Origin: a virus
Lineage: Duplodnaviria; Caudoviricetes
IMG/VR virus record: IMGVR_UViG_3300036815_000220
Coordinates: 1 to 50,637 of that record
Reading direction: 5' to 3' (one strand)
Length of the DNA: 50,637 nucleotides
This document shows positions 15,064 through 22,437 of this stretch, in pieces. A model generated the notes under the pieces. The model did no database searches and was not told where the DNA came from. It saw only the letters and a program-made list of their open reading frames with translations. A program made the translations under genes and the position numbers. Every line of letters starts with the position of its first letter. Within the stretch, counting starts at the first letter, position 1.

Positions 15064-15822
15064 ATGCCGCAGTCCCTCGGCCAGGTCATCGCACTGGAGT
15101 CGGCTGCCCGAGCCGAAGCCAACAAGCGCCTGGGCACCATCCACAAGAGCGCCCAGAAGGCAGCGCTGTTCAACGGATTCGACAAGACGTACAAGCCGTT
15201 CTCCGAGACCGACGACGAGGCGAGGACCGGCATCAAGCGCCTGCCTCCGGAGGGCAGCAACGTCCAGCTCCGCGCCGAGGACATCCTGGCGGTATTCCTG
15301 CGCGAGATGGGCACCGCCGTCAACCTGGCGCACGTCAAGGACGCGGCCAACTGCGAGGCGAAGGCCGATGTGCGGGTGGACGGGAGACTCCTCCTGTCCG
15401 GCGTCCCGGTGACCCACCTGCTCCACATGGAGAAGGTGCTGGCCGACCTGGGTACCTTCGTCGCCGCCCTGCCGGTGGAGGACCCGACCGAGGAATGGCT
15501 GCCGCATACCGACGGCCTCCGCAGGACCGCCGAGGCCTTCACCGTGCGCAACGGGGTCAAGAAGGTCCCGCTGGTACTGCACCCGCCGACAGACAAGCAC
15601 CCGGCCCAGGTCGCCGTGATCGAGGACACCATCCCCGAGGGCCGCTGGACCCTGGTCAAGTACACCGCCGCGCTGACTCCCGACCGCAAGCGCGAACTGG
15701 AGCGCCGCGTCTCCGCCCTGCGCGACGCCTTCAAGGTCGCCCGCGAGGAGGCCAACCGGGTGACGGTCCCGGACAGCCGGGCCGACGAGGGCGGCATCCT
15801 GATGGGTTATCTTCTGGAGTAG
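15064..15822 (+). CDS. DUF7873-like conserved protein
   Basis: LGQVIALE, G..KTY.P, LPPE..VQ, KD.ANC.A.ADV.VDG, P.T.KHPAQV and AREEAN motifs recalled from a conserved Streptomyces family; ggagg RBS. Confidence 0.8.
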   Translation: MPQSLGQVIALESAARAEANKRLGTIHKSAQKAALFNGFDKTYKPFSETDDEARTGIKRLPPEGSNVQLRAEDILAVFLREMGTAVNLAHVKDAANCEAKADVRVDGRLLLSGVPVTHLLHMEKVLADLGTFVAALPVEDPTEEWLPHTDGLRRTAEAFTVRNGVKKVPLVLHPPTDKHPAQVAVIEDTIPEGRWTLVKYTAALTPDRKRELERRVSALRDAFKVAREEANRVTVPDSRADEGGILMGYLLE

Positions 15823-15838
15823 GAACCCGCATCCTGCA

Positions 15839-15877
15839 CAGCGAGCCCCGGCAGTGTCTCCTGCCGGGGCTCGCTGG
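15839..15877. terminator. hairpin between convergent genes
   Basis: cagcgagccccggcag / ctgccggggctcgctg 16-bp inverted repeat. Confidence 0.75.
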
Positions 15878-15885
15878 CGTATGTC

Positions 15886-16161
15886 TCAGGATGCGCCTTC
15901 CTCCTGGATGGTGCACCCGAGGGGCTCCTCGCACGGGATGCCGCTCTTGCCCGCGTGCAGGTGCCGGATCATGTAGGCGGTCTCGTCGATGTTGGCGACC
16001 AGGCACACCAGGCCGTCCAGGGCCAGGGCCGTCACCGAGGTCCGCACGGTGATGCGGGGGATGCCGGTCTTCACGGCGATCCTCTTGACGGTGAGCGTCC
16101 CGGGTCCCTCCGAGCGCAGGAACGCGAGTACCGCCGCGTCGGCTTCCGCTGGTCCGATCAT
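15886..16161 (-). CDS. small winged-HTH-like protein
   Basis: VLAFL..LTVKRIAVKTGIPRITVRTSVTAL..DGLV. Confidence 0.6.
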   Translation of the reverse strand: MIGPAEADAAVLAFLRSEGPGTLTVKRIAVKTGIPRITVRTSVTALALDGLVCLVANIDETAYMIRHLHAGKSGIPCEEPLGCTIQEEGAS

Positions 16162-16346
16162 GGTGCCTCCCCTGCTTCCTGGCAGAACTGCTCGTGCTGG
16201 CCGGCGGCCACGGCGGCGACCAGGGAGCCGCAGGTCTCGTGGCGCAGGACAGGACCCCGCACCGAGAACGGCGCGGCGGCGAACCGGATGGTGACGGTCA
16301 CGGTTCCTGCCGGGCTGTATCCCGGTGGCGGGGTCTGCTGGGGCAC
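16158..16346 (-). CDS. hypothetical protein
   Basis: ATGA overlap with the downstream gene; HETCG..H..FC motif. Confidence 0.5.
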   Translation of the reverse strand: MPQQTPPPGYSPAGTVTVTIRFAAAPFSVRGPVLRHETCGSLVAAVAAGQHEQFCQEAGEAP

Positions 16347-16355
16347 ACGTGGAAG

Positions 16356-17456
16356 CTACCGCAGCACCAGCAGCCTGGTGCCCGGCATTAGCTTCCTGTT
16401 ATTACTCGTGCTCTGGATGAAGATGGTCGCCCCCTCCTTCTGGTCGGGGCGCAGCTTCACCTCGTGGTCCATGGGGAGGCCGAGCAGCCCACGGGTCTCG
16501 TCGAGGGTCCCGGAGTACAGGGTCCCGCCGACCTCGATGGCGACCTGCTTGTATCCCTGGACCTTCTCGGTCTTGGTGAACTCGTAGTAGCAGCGGCCCT
16601 TGGGGTAGGGACGCTTGGTCTCGGCCTCGTAGAAGTGGTCGAGCCGTGCGCCGTCCGAGCCAGGGTCGCGATGGGACTGGGTGACGTCGAGGAAGAAGAA
16701 GCTGCCCGGGGTGACGGGAGAAAGCTGGCTGACCACATCGCCGGGGGTAAAGTCGGCGATCCGGAACAGGCCGCCGCTGCCGCTGGCACTGCGCGCGGTG
16801 TAGCCGCGCACACCGCGCTTGCGGCCCTCCATGTAGGCCTCGGCCACGTCGTCGAGCAGGCGGCCGGCCTCCTCGATGCCCTCGGCGGAGTTCGGGTTCC
16901 AGATGCTGATGTTCCCGGCGGGGAAGCCGAAGCTCTTCGCCTCGTGGACACCTCCCTGGTCCGGGACGAACAGGCCGTAGGTCTCGTTGTCGGGAGCGGT
17001 GAGGATCGCCTGGTTCAGCTCGGCGATCACCCGGGACTGCGCCTGGTAGGTACGCGGCCGGGCGCTGTCGTTCTCCTGGCCGTCGGTGAACCCGAAGACG
17101 GCGAACGAGTGGTCGCCGTACTTCTGCGGGAGTTCGCGCAGGTCCTGAATGGCGAGCAGGAACGTCTGGAGGAGGGCGGTGTTGCCGCTGGGATGGTACA
17201 TCCCGTCGAGCGACGGGACGCGGAGCACGTCCATGTCGTAGATGACGCACCGCTGGGTGCCGTGGGAGTTGAAGAAGTACACGGTGACCCGCGTCTCCTG
17301 CTCCTTGGCCCTGGACCTGTCCGCGAGACGGGAGATGAAGGCGTCGAACACCTTGACCGTGGTGTCCTTCAGGTGCCACATCGAGTACGACTCGTCCACG
17401 ATGAGGATGAAGTGGTTGATGATGTTGGCCGGCTGGCCGCTCTGGGGAACTCGCAT
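16356..17456 (-). CDS. vWA domain protein with conserved C-terminal domain
   Basis: ILIVDESYS MIDAS, G.TAL, FTDGQENDS; C-terminal G..YYEFTKTEKVQ..K and IFIQSTSNNRKL. Confidence 0.88.
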   Translation of the reverse strand: MRVPQSGQPANIINHFILIVDESYSMWHLKDTTVKVFDAFISRLADRSRAKEQETRVTVYFFNSHGTQRCVIYDMDVLRVPSLDGMYHPSGNTALLQTFLLAIQDLRELPQKYGDHSFAVFGFTDGQENDSARPRTYQAQSRVIAELNQAILTAPDNETYGLFVPDQGGVHEAKSFGFPAGNISIWNPNSAEGIEEAGRLLDDVAEAYMEGRKRGVRGYTARSASGSGGLFRIADFTPGDVVSQLSPVTPGSFFFLDVTQSHRDPGSDGARLDHFYEAETKRPYPKGRCYYEFTKTEKVQGYKQVAIEVGGTLYSGTLDETRGLLGLPMDHEVKLRPDQKEGATIFIQSTSNNRKLMPGTRLLVLR

Positions 17457-17517
17457 AATAAGACTCTAGCGCGAAGGTCTGACATTTCAGGTTGTCAGGA
17501 AAACCTGTAGTGTCCGG

Positions 17518-17733
17518 TCAGCGGGCGAGCGCTCGGGCCACTGCCTCGGGGCCGTACTCGTCGGCGGTCTCCTGGATATCCCGTCCCAGCTCGTAGAGAG
17601 CCTGGACAGTGCCGAGGGTGAGGGGCGGCCACGGGCAGGAAGCGAGCTGGCGGACGTCAGCGCCTGCTTCCAGCATGGAGAAGGCGTCGAGAAACCTGCC
17701 TGTTTCCTCGACGGCGTGCTTCAGGTTATTCAT
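17518..17733 (-). CDS. hypothetical protein
   Basis: leaderless start 6 nt after TG-A-TAACCT. Confidence 0.6.
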   Translation of the reverse strand: MNNLKHAVEETGRFLDAFSMLEAGADVRQLASCPWPPLTLGTVQALYELGRDIQETADEYGPEAVARALAR

Positions 17734-17775
17734 GGCACCAGGTTATCAATGAAGGTTGTATCTGCGCAGTAGGTA

Positions 17776-18006
17776 TCACCCGGGTACGGTTGCCCGGTGC
17801 TTCCCGGGCGGCCTGGGCGGCACTGCTTCCCTGGCGAACTCGCATTCTGCCATGTGGACGATGACGTACGGATTGTCTTCCCGTCCGGTGCCCGCCGCTG
17901 CCGCTTCGCAGTACTCGCATACGAGCGTGCCCAGCGGCGTCAGGTAGAGGTTCTGCTGCACGGGTGGTCCTCTCTCCACCCCCCGGGACAGAACATACAC
18001 CAACAT
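17776..18006 (-). CDS. small Cys/His protein
   Basis: CEYC..H..EC motif; fits the gene run. Confidence 0.45.
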   Translation of the reverse strand: MLVYVLSRGVERGPPVQQNLYLTPLGTLVCEYCEAAAAGTGREDNPYVIVHMAECEFAREAVPPRPPGKHRATVPG

Positions 18007-18057
18007 TGACGGGGAGATATGTGCCCAAAGACATAGTTAACAGGTGATTCTGTTTGT

Positions 18058-18324
18058 TTACCTGTTCTCCGCGATGACGGTGCAGTCGCGATGGCTGACG
18101 ATCACCGCCTGGCCGATCGTCTCTCCCCCGGTTACCTCGCAGGCATCGTGCCGGGTGAGCTTCCACTGGCCGGGCTCGTAATGAGGGATCACCTGGACCT
18201 CGGGAAGCTCCGTGTCGAGTTCTGCCAGCTCGTACATGACGTCGGCCGCGCAGGTCAGTATGACGGCATTCCCGTTCCAGTCACTGACCAGGGCAGCGAG
18301 CGCCTCGGCCTCCTCGTACGTCAT
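18058..18324 (-). CDS. hypothetical protein
   Basis: ATGA overlap with the upstream gene; high GC3. Confidence 0.6.
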   Translation of the reverse strand: MTYEEAEALAALVSDWNGNAVILTCAADVMYELAELDTELPEVQVIPHYEPGQWKLTRHDACEVTGGETIGQAVIVSHRDCTVIAENR

Positions 18325-18629
18325 AACGCCTGCATGAAGGTGAAGAAGGCGTCGCCGTGCTCGTTGAATCCCGGCTTCTCGTAGACCACCCGCCAGCCGT
18401 GTGCCCGGTAGATATGCTCAACGTCGAGCAGGTGACGGCCGAAGGCGTCTTCCCTGTAGGCGATGACGCCCCGGCTCAGGAGTCCGTCGATCACGTCTTC
18501 CTGACTGAACTTCGAGGACGTCCCGTCGAAGTGCGCGGTGATCAGGTCGTTGAACGTATCGATGACTCCCTCGTCGAGCTGTTCGAGCTTGCGGGCGGCT
18601 ATCTCTTCGGGGCGGAGCGGCTTGGTCAT
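18321..18629 (-). CDS. conserved hypothetical phage protein
   Basis: LDVEHIYRAHGWRVVYEKPGFNE motif; aaggaag RBS. Confidence 0.7.
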   Translation of the reverse strand: MTKPLRPEEIAARKLEQLDEGVIDTFNDLITAHFDGTSSKFSQEDVIDGLLSRGVIAYREDAFGRHLLDVEHIYRAHGWRVVYEKPGFNEHGDAFFTFMQAL

Positions 18630-18714
18630 CAGTCTGCTGCCTTCCTTGTTATCGTGATCGGCGCGGGCGCGTCCCACATCGCCGAGCAGCCGCGCGGGTT
18701 GGGGACGAGGCTGC

Positions 18715-18936
18715 TCACAGTGAGTCCGCTATGGTCAGGGCCATCGCGATGCACTGAGGCGACCTCGGGTCCTCGATCGCCTTTGCCATGATGCGGGCAC
18801 CGACGGCAAGCTGCTCCGCCAGGGTGAAGAGCTGGTCGAGGGAGAGGTCGTTCTCGGTCACGAAGGAAACGTCGAGGGGATCGCTGCCCTTGTCGAGCGC
18901 GTCGGCCGCCTTGCGTAGGAGCTGTGCTGTAGTCAT
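18715..18936 (-). CDS. hypothetical protein
   Basis: ATGA overlap; helical sequence. Confidence 0.6.
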   Translation of the reverse strand: MTTAQLLRKAADALDKGSDPLDVSFVTENDLSLDQLFTLAEQLAVGARIMAKAIEDPRSPQCIAMALTIADSL

Positions 18937-19289
18937 GGCGTGATTCCCATCTGCTGCCGGGCGCGGGCTGCGTGAGTGTTCCCGTCCCTGAGCCATCTTT
19001 CGAGGAGGAATACGGCCGAAACGCCGCCGGGCGAGGACCGGAATGCCTCCAGGTCGTGCTCGTCCAGGACGAGCACCCGGTTGCCGTAGGAGAGAAGTGT
19101 CCCGATTTCTACCTGGCGGTCTTCGGGTTCCGGGAGGATGACCACGTAGACGGGCGGCCGTCCCGGGAACGAGAAGTCGTCCGGTTCGGTGGGATCTTCG
19201 GTCGGCTCGATGCTGACGCCCCAGTACCGGCACAGCCCGCTGAAGAGGGCCTTGAGTGCCTGGTCCTTGTCGTAATCGCTGAAAGCCAT
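18933..19289 (-). CDS. hypothetical protein
   Basis: ggag RBS; follows the upstream stop. Confidence 0.6.
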   Translation of the reverse strand: MAFSDYDKDQALKALFSGLCRYWGVSIEPTEDPTEPDDFSFPGRPPVYVVILPEPEDRQVEIGTLLSYGNRVLVLDEHDLEAFRSSPGGVSAVFLLERWLRDGNTHAARARQQMGITP

Positions 19290-19290
19290 G

Positions 19291-19485
19291 TCAGTGGTCT
19301 CCGGGTGCGTCGGGGTGGACCGGGCAGGGCTCGCCCGGGTGGACATGCCACTCGCCGGACAGAGAGCAGGCGGTGGGCGGGTGGTCCTGGCAGTCCATGA
19401 TGCAGGTGCAGTCGGCTGAGTTGCTGCGGGCGAACGTGATCTTGTCGAAGACCGACCAGCGTCCGCCCCCGTCTGTCTGATTCAT
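19291..19485 (-). CDS. small Cys/His-rich protein
   Basis: CTC..C..H...C....HVH...C.VH; leaderless promoter directly upstream. Confidence 0.6.
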   Translation of the reverse strand: MNQTDGGGRWSVFDKITFARSNSADCTCIMDCQDHPPTACSLSGEWHVHPGEPCPVHPDAPGDH

Positions 19486-19491
19486 GGTAAT

Positions 19492-19512
19492 ACCTTATCA
19501 AGAAAAGCTGTA
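19492..19512 (-). promoter_or_regulatory. TACAG-box promoter
   Basis: TACAGCTTTTCTTGA-TAAGGT, 6 nt before ATG 19485. Confidence 0.75.
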
Positions 19513-19530
19513 AGTGTGTATAGTTCTCCT

Positions 19531-20142
19531 ATGACAACGAGCGAGGAGAACCAGACAGACCTGGCCGCGCCGTACGGCTACATGATCGACCCGGAGACCA
19601 AGCAGCTCCGGCCGAAGAAGCAGGCCGGGCGCAAGCGCACCGTGCCGGTGACCGACGAGACCGACCCGGCCGCGCACAGGGAGGCGCGCTTGACCCGTCA
19701 GCGGGCGTCGAAGGCAGACTTCTACGAGCGCCACCCCAACTACAAGCAGGATTACGACGCGGCCTGGCGCGAGAAGAACCCGGACCGGCAGAGCGCCTAC
19801 ATGAAGAAGTACAACCTCAAGCTGAAGCGCCAGGTGATGGACGCCTACGGCGGCCATTGCGCGTGCTGTGGGGAGATCGAGCTGGTTTTCCTGACGATCG
19901 ACCACGTCGAGGACAACGGAGCGGAGCACCGACGCGAAATAGCGGCGGCGAAGGGCAATTCCTGGGGTCAGGCAGGATCGCCTACTTACCGCTGGCTCAG
20001 AGACAACGGGTTCCCCGCCGGGTTCCAGGTTCTCTGCGCCAACTGTAATTGCGGGAAGCAGTGGAACGGCGGAATATGCCCGCATCAGGTAACAGCAGAG
20101 GCCCTCCTGAACCCGCAGGCAGGAGGGCCTCTAACTACCTAG
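19531..20142 (+). CDS. free-standing HNH (EndoVII-like) endonuclease
   Basis: YGG.CACCGE..FLTIDHV..G..HRR..FP.GFQVLCANCN; TATAGT 6 nt before ATG 19531. Confidence 0.85.
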   Translation: MTTSEENQTDLAAPYGYMIDPETKQLRPKKQAGRKRTVPVTDETDPAAHREARLTRQRASKADFYERHPNYKQDYDAAWREKNPDRQSAYMKKYNLKLKRQVMDAYGGHCACCGEIELVFLTIDHVEDNGAEHRREIAAAKGNSWGQAGSPTYRWLRDNGFPAGFQVLCANCNCGKQWNGGICPHQVTAEALLNPQAGGPLTT

Positions 20143-20153
20143 AGTTAAAGGAC

Positions 20154-21179
20154 TTAACTCTTCGTAATCGACGCCAGGCCCCTCGGATTGAGAATCGACA
20201 TGGCAATCATCTCGTCGAATACCCAGCCTTTCCAGAAAGCTTCCACATTGTGATTTTCCTCGACGTCCAAGGAATACAGAATGGGGAAAACTCCGAGGAA
20301 GTTAGGCTCCGGGGCAAGGAAGATCTTCGCCTGCGGCACGATGATCGACCGCTGGATCTGGAACTCGCCGAACGAGGTGATCGTCTCGCCCGCGACCACC
20401 CGGTCCTTGAAGGCCCAGCCCGTCTGGTTGATGTCCCACCGGAACATGTCGCGGTAGTCGAACGGGTTGATCAGGATGCGGGCCGACGGCAGCTCGTGCA
20501 GGTCGGTCATAGCCACGGCCGAGTACAGCGAGCCCGGGGTCAGGTAGCCCGACGCCTCGGTGATGTTGTGGTTGGGCGTGACCACGTGGTCCGGGCGGGT
20601 CGCGTAGTCGGTGATCGCCGCCTGGAGCAGCACCAGCAGCCGGGCGTCCTCCTGCTTGAGGATGGCCTGCTTGGTCTCGTCTTGCGCCTGCTCGACCGCG
20701 TTGATCCGCAGGTAGAACAGGTCTTCCTTGCGGATCGCGGGGCGGGAGGCAATGCGGAAGAACCGAACAGGGATTCGCTTGCCCTCGAACGGGGTGACCC
20801 GGACTTCGCCTTCTGTTCCAGAAAGGATGTAGGCCTGCCCAAGATCGTCCCAGACATCGTATTCGACCGGGGTCCCCGGCGTAACCGGGTCCTCGACGAG
20901 CACGTTCCGGACGATGCCCTGGTACCGGAGCTTGAGCTGGATGGGGCCGACCATCCCAACGCCCAGGCGGCGGAAACCGTGCATCTCGTCGCTCAGGATG
21001 AGCGCCATCTTGCGGACCTTGGCCTCGCGCGTCAGGCTCACGCCGTTGGTGCGCGAGCGCCTGGCCTCGATCTGCGCAACGTAGTCGTCGGACTTGCGCG
21101 ATGCCACGCGGGGCCGCAGGCCGCCGCCGGGAGCCAGCGCCAGTTGCCCGCCGGCCGAAGTGGTCGCCAGCTCGGTCAT
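20154..21179 (-). CDS. major capsid protein (Bxz1/cluster C-like)
   Basis: SDDYVA.I, GPIQL.LRYQGI.RNVL.ED, YDV.DDLGQAY, TPFEGKRI and KQAI..QED.RL motifs match the recalled cluster C capsid. Confidence 0.9.
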   Translation of the reverse strand: MTELATTSAGGQLALAPGGGLRPRVASRKSDDYVAQIEARRSRTNGVSLTREAKVRKMALILSDEMHGFRRLGVGMVGPIQLKLRYQGIVRNVLVEDPVTPGTPVEYDVWDDLGQAYILSGTEGEVRVTPFEGKRIPVRFFRIASRPAIRKEDLFYLRINAVEQAQDETKQAILKQEDARLLVLLQAAITDYATRPDHVVTPNHNITEASGYLTPGSLYSAVAMTDLHELPSARILINPFDYRDMFRWDINQTGWAFKDRVVAGETITSFGEFQIQRSIIVPQAKIFLAPEPNFLGVFPILYSLDVEENHNVEAFWKGWVFDEMIAMSILNPRGLASITKS

Positions 21180-21212
21180 GGTGTTCCCTTTCCTGCTTCC
21201 CGCGTGTCCTGG

Positions 21213-21848
21213 TTAGTTCCGGCCCGCGTTGGTGTTGGCCGTCAGCTCAGCCGCCGCGTACGGGGAGAGGCCGCCGATCGTGATCTTGGTGGAGCTGTTG
21301 ACCTTCAGCAGCTTCGCGACCGGGGCGGTCGCCGTGGTGCTGCCGGCTCCGGTGACCGGAACGAGCATCCCCTGGTTCGCCGTGGCGGTGGACACTGCCA
21401 CCAGGGCAGCGCCGGAGCCGTCGGCCGGGTCGGTCCAGGTAGCAGTAGCGTCGAACGCGGGAGCGAGGATCTCGAACTCGGCGTCGGGACCGAGCACCCA
21501 TACGGCGAAGGCATTGATTCCCGCGTAGAGCAGCTCGTCGATGCCGTCGCCGCCGACGTACAGCGCGCCCAGGCCGTAGACGGGCACCGCGTTGGCGGTG
21601 ACGTCGGTGCCCGCGTTCCCGGTGTGGGACGCGCCGGTCATCGTCTTGCCGCCCATCTGAGTGCTGTTCGCGCCCGCCAGGGTCACCAGGTCCCCGCCCG
21701 TGCGGATGAAGCCCATCCCGGGCCAGATCGGGACCGCGCGGGTCCACGCCGGGTCCAGGAAGCACGACTTGGGGGTCGCCTGCGTCCAGGAGTAAAGAGG
21801 CCTGATCGTCCTCTTCACGTAGTCGTTCGAGAGGTAGGTGCGAATCAT
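21213..21848 (-). CDS. capsid decoration protein (cluster C-like)
   Basis: KRT.RPLY..QATP..FLDP and FE.LAPAFD..ATW motifs; immediately upstream of the capsid gene. Confidence 0.8.
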   Translation of the reverse strand: MIRTYLSNDYVKRTIRPLYSWTQATPKSCFLDPAWTRAVPIWPGMGFIRTGGDLVTLAGANSTQMGGKTMTGASHTGNAGTDVTANAVPVYGLGALYVGGDGIDELLYAGINAFAVWVLGPDAEFEILAPAFDATATWTDPADGSGAALVAVSTATANQGMLVPVTGAGSTTATAPVAKLLKVNSSTKITIGGLSPYAAAELTANTNAGRN

Positions 21849-21927
21849 CGGCCTTTACTCCGTGTCTGGTCGGCCGGGCCGTGAGGCCCTCCTGCTATTC
21901 CTTCTGGGGCTGCGGGGGGAAAAGGCG

Positions 21928-22437
21928 TCACAAGGCCCAGATCTCGGCCCATAGGACGGCTGCACCTGCGGTAAGGGCTGTGTACTGCTGGACGGTCACC
22001 GTGGTCCCGGCCTTGGTGATAAGCGGGGCCGTGTACCCGCTGTAATTGGCTCCGGCCACCTGGTTGTCCGCGAACAGGGTCCATCCGGCGACAGCCCCGT
22101 CCGGGTAAGTAGCAGTGACGCCCACCAGGCCGCCGGTCTCAGCGGAAGTGACGTCCATGGCCCCGAAGATCATGAACCTGTGCAAGGCCCCGTCACCCGG
22201 TGCCGTCCACGTCAGGATGTTCGGGGTCCCGTTCACCAGGGTGAACCCGCCGGGTCCCGTGGAGGCCGCGAGGCTGAGTACCCCGGCCTGCACTGAGGAG
22301 GAGAAGAGGGACCCGGGCTCCGTGACCGTCGAGTACTCGTCGTCCGAGAGCGTGGCAGACTCGCCTGCGGAGTAGCGCAGCCCGTTGGGCAGCACCACGT
22401 TCTTCAGGCCGGAGGCGACCGTCACGTTCCAGGGCAT
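21928..22437 (-). CDS. putative virion accessory protein
   Basis: TGATG coupling to the upstream gene; beta-sandwich-like composition. Confidence 0.65.
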   Translation of the reverse strand: MPWNVTVASGLKNVVLPNGLRYSAGESATLSDDEYSTVTEPGSLFSSSVQAGVLSLAASTGPGGFTLVNGTPNILTWTAPGDGALHRFMIFGAMDVTSAETGGLVGVTATYPDGAVAGWTLFADNQVAGANYSGYTAPLITKAGTTVTVQQYTALTAGAAVLWAEIWAL

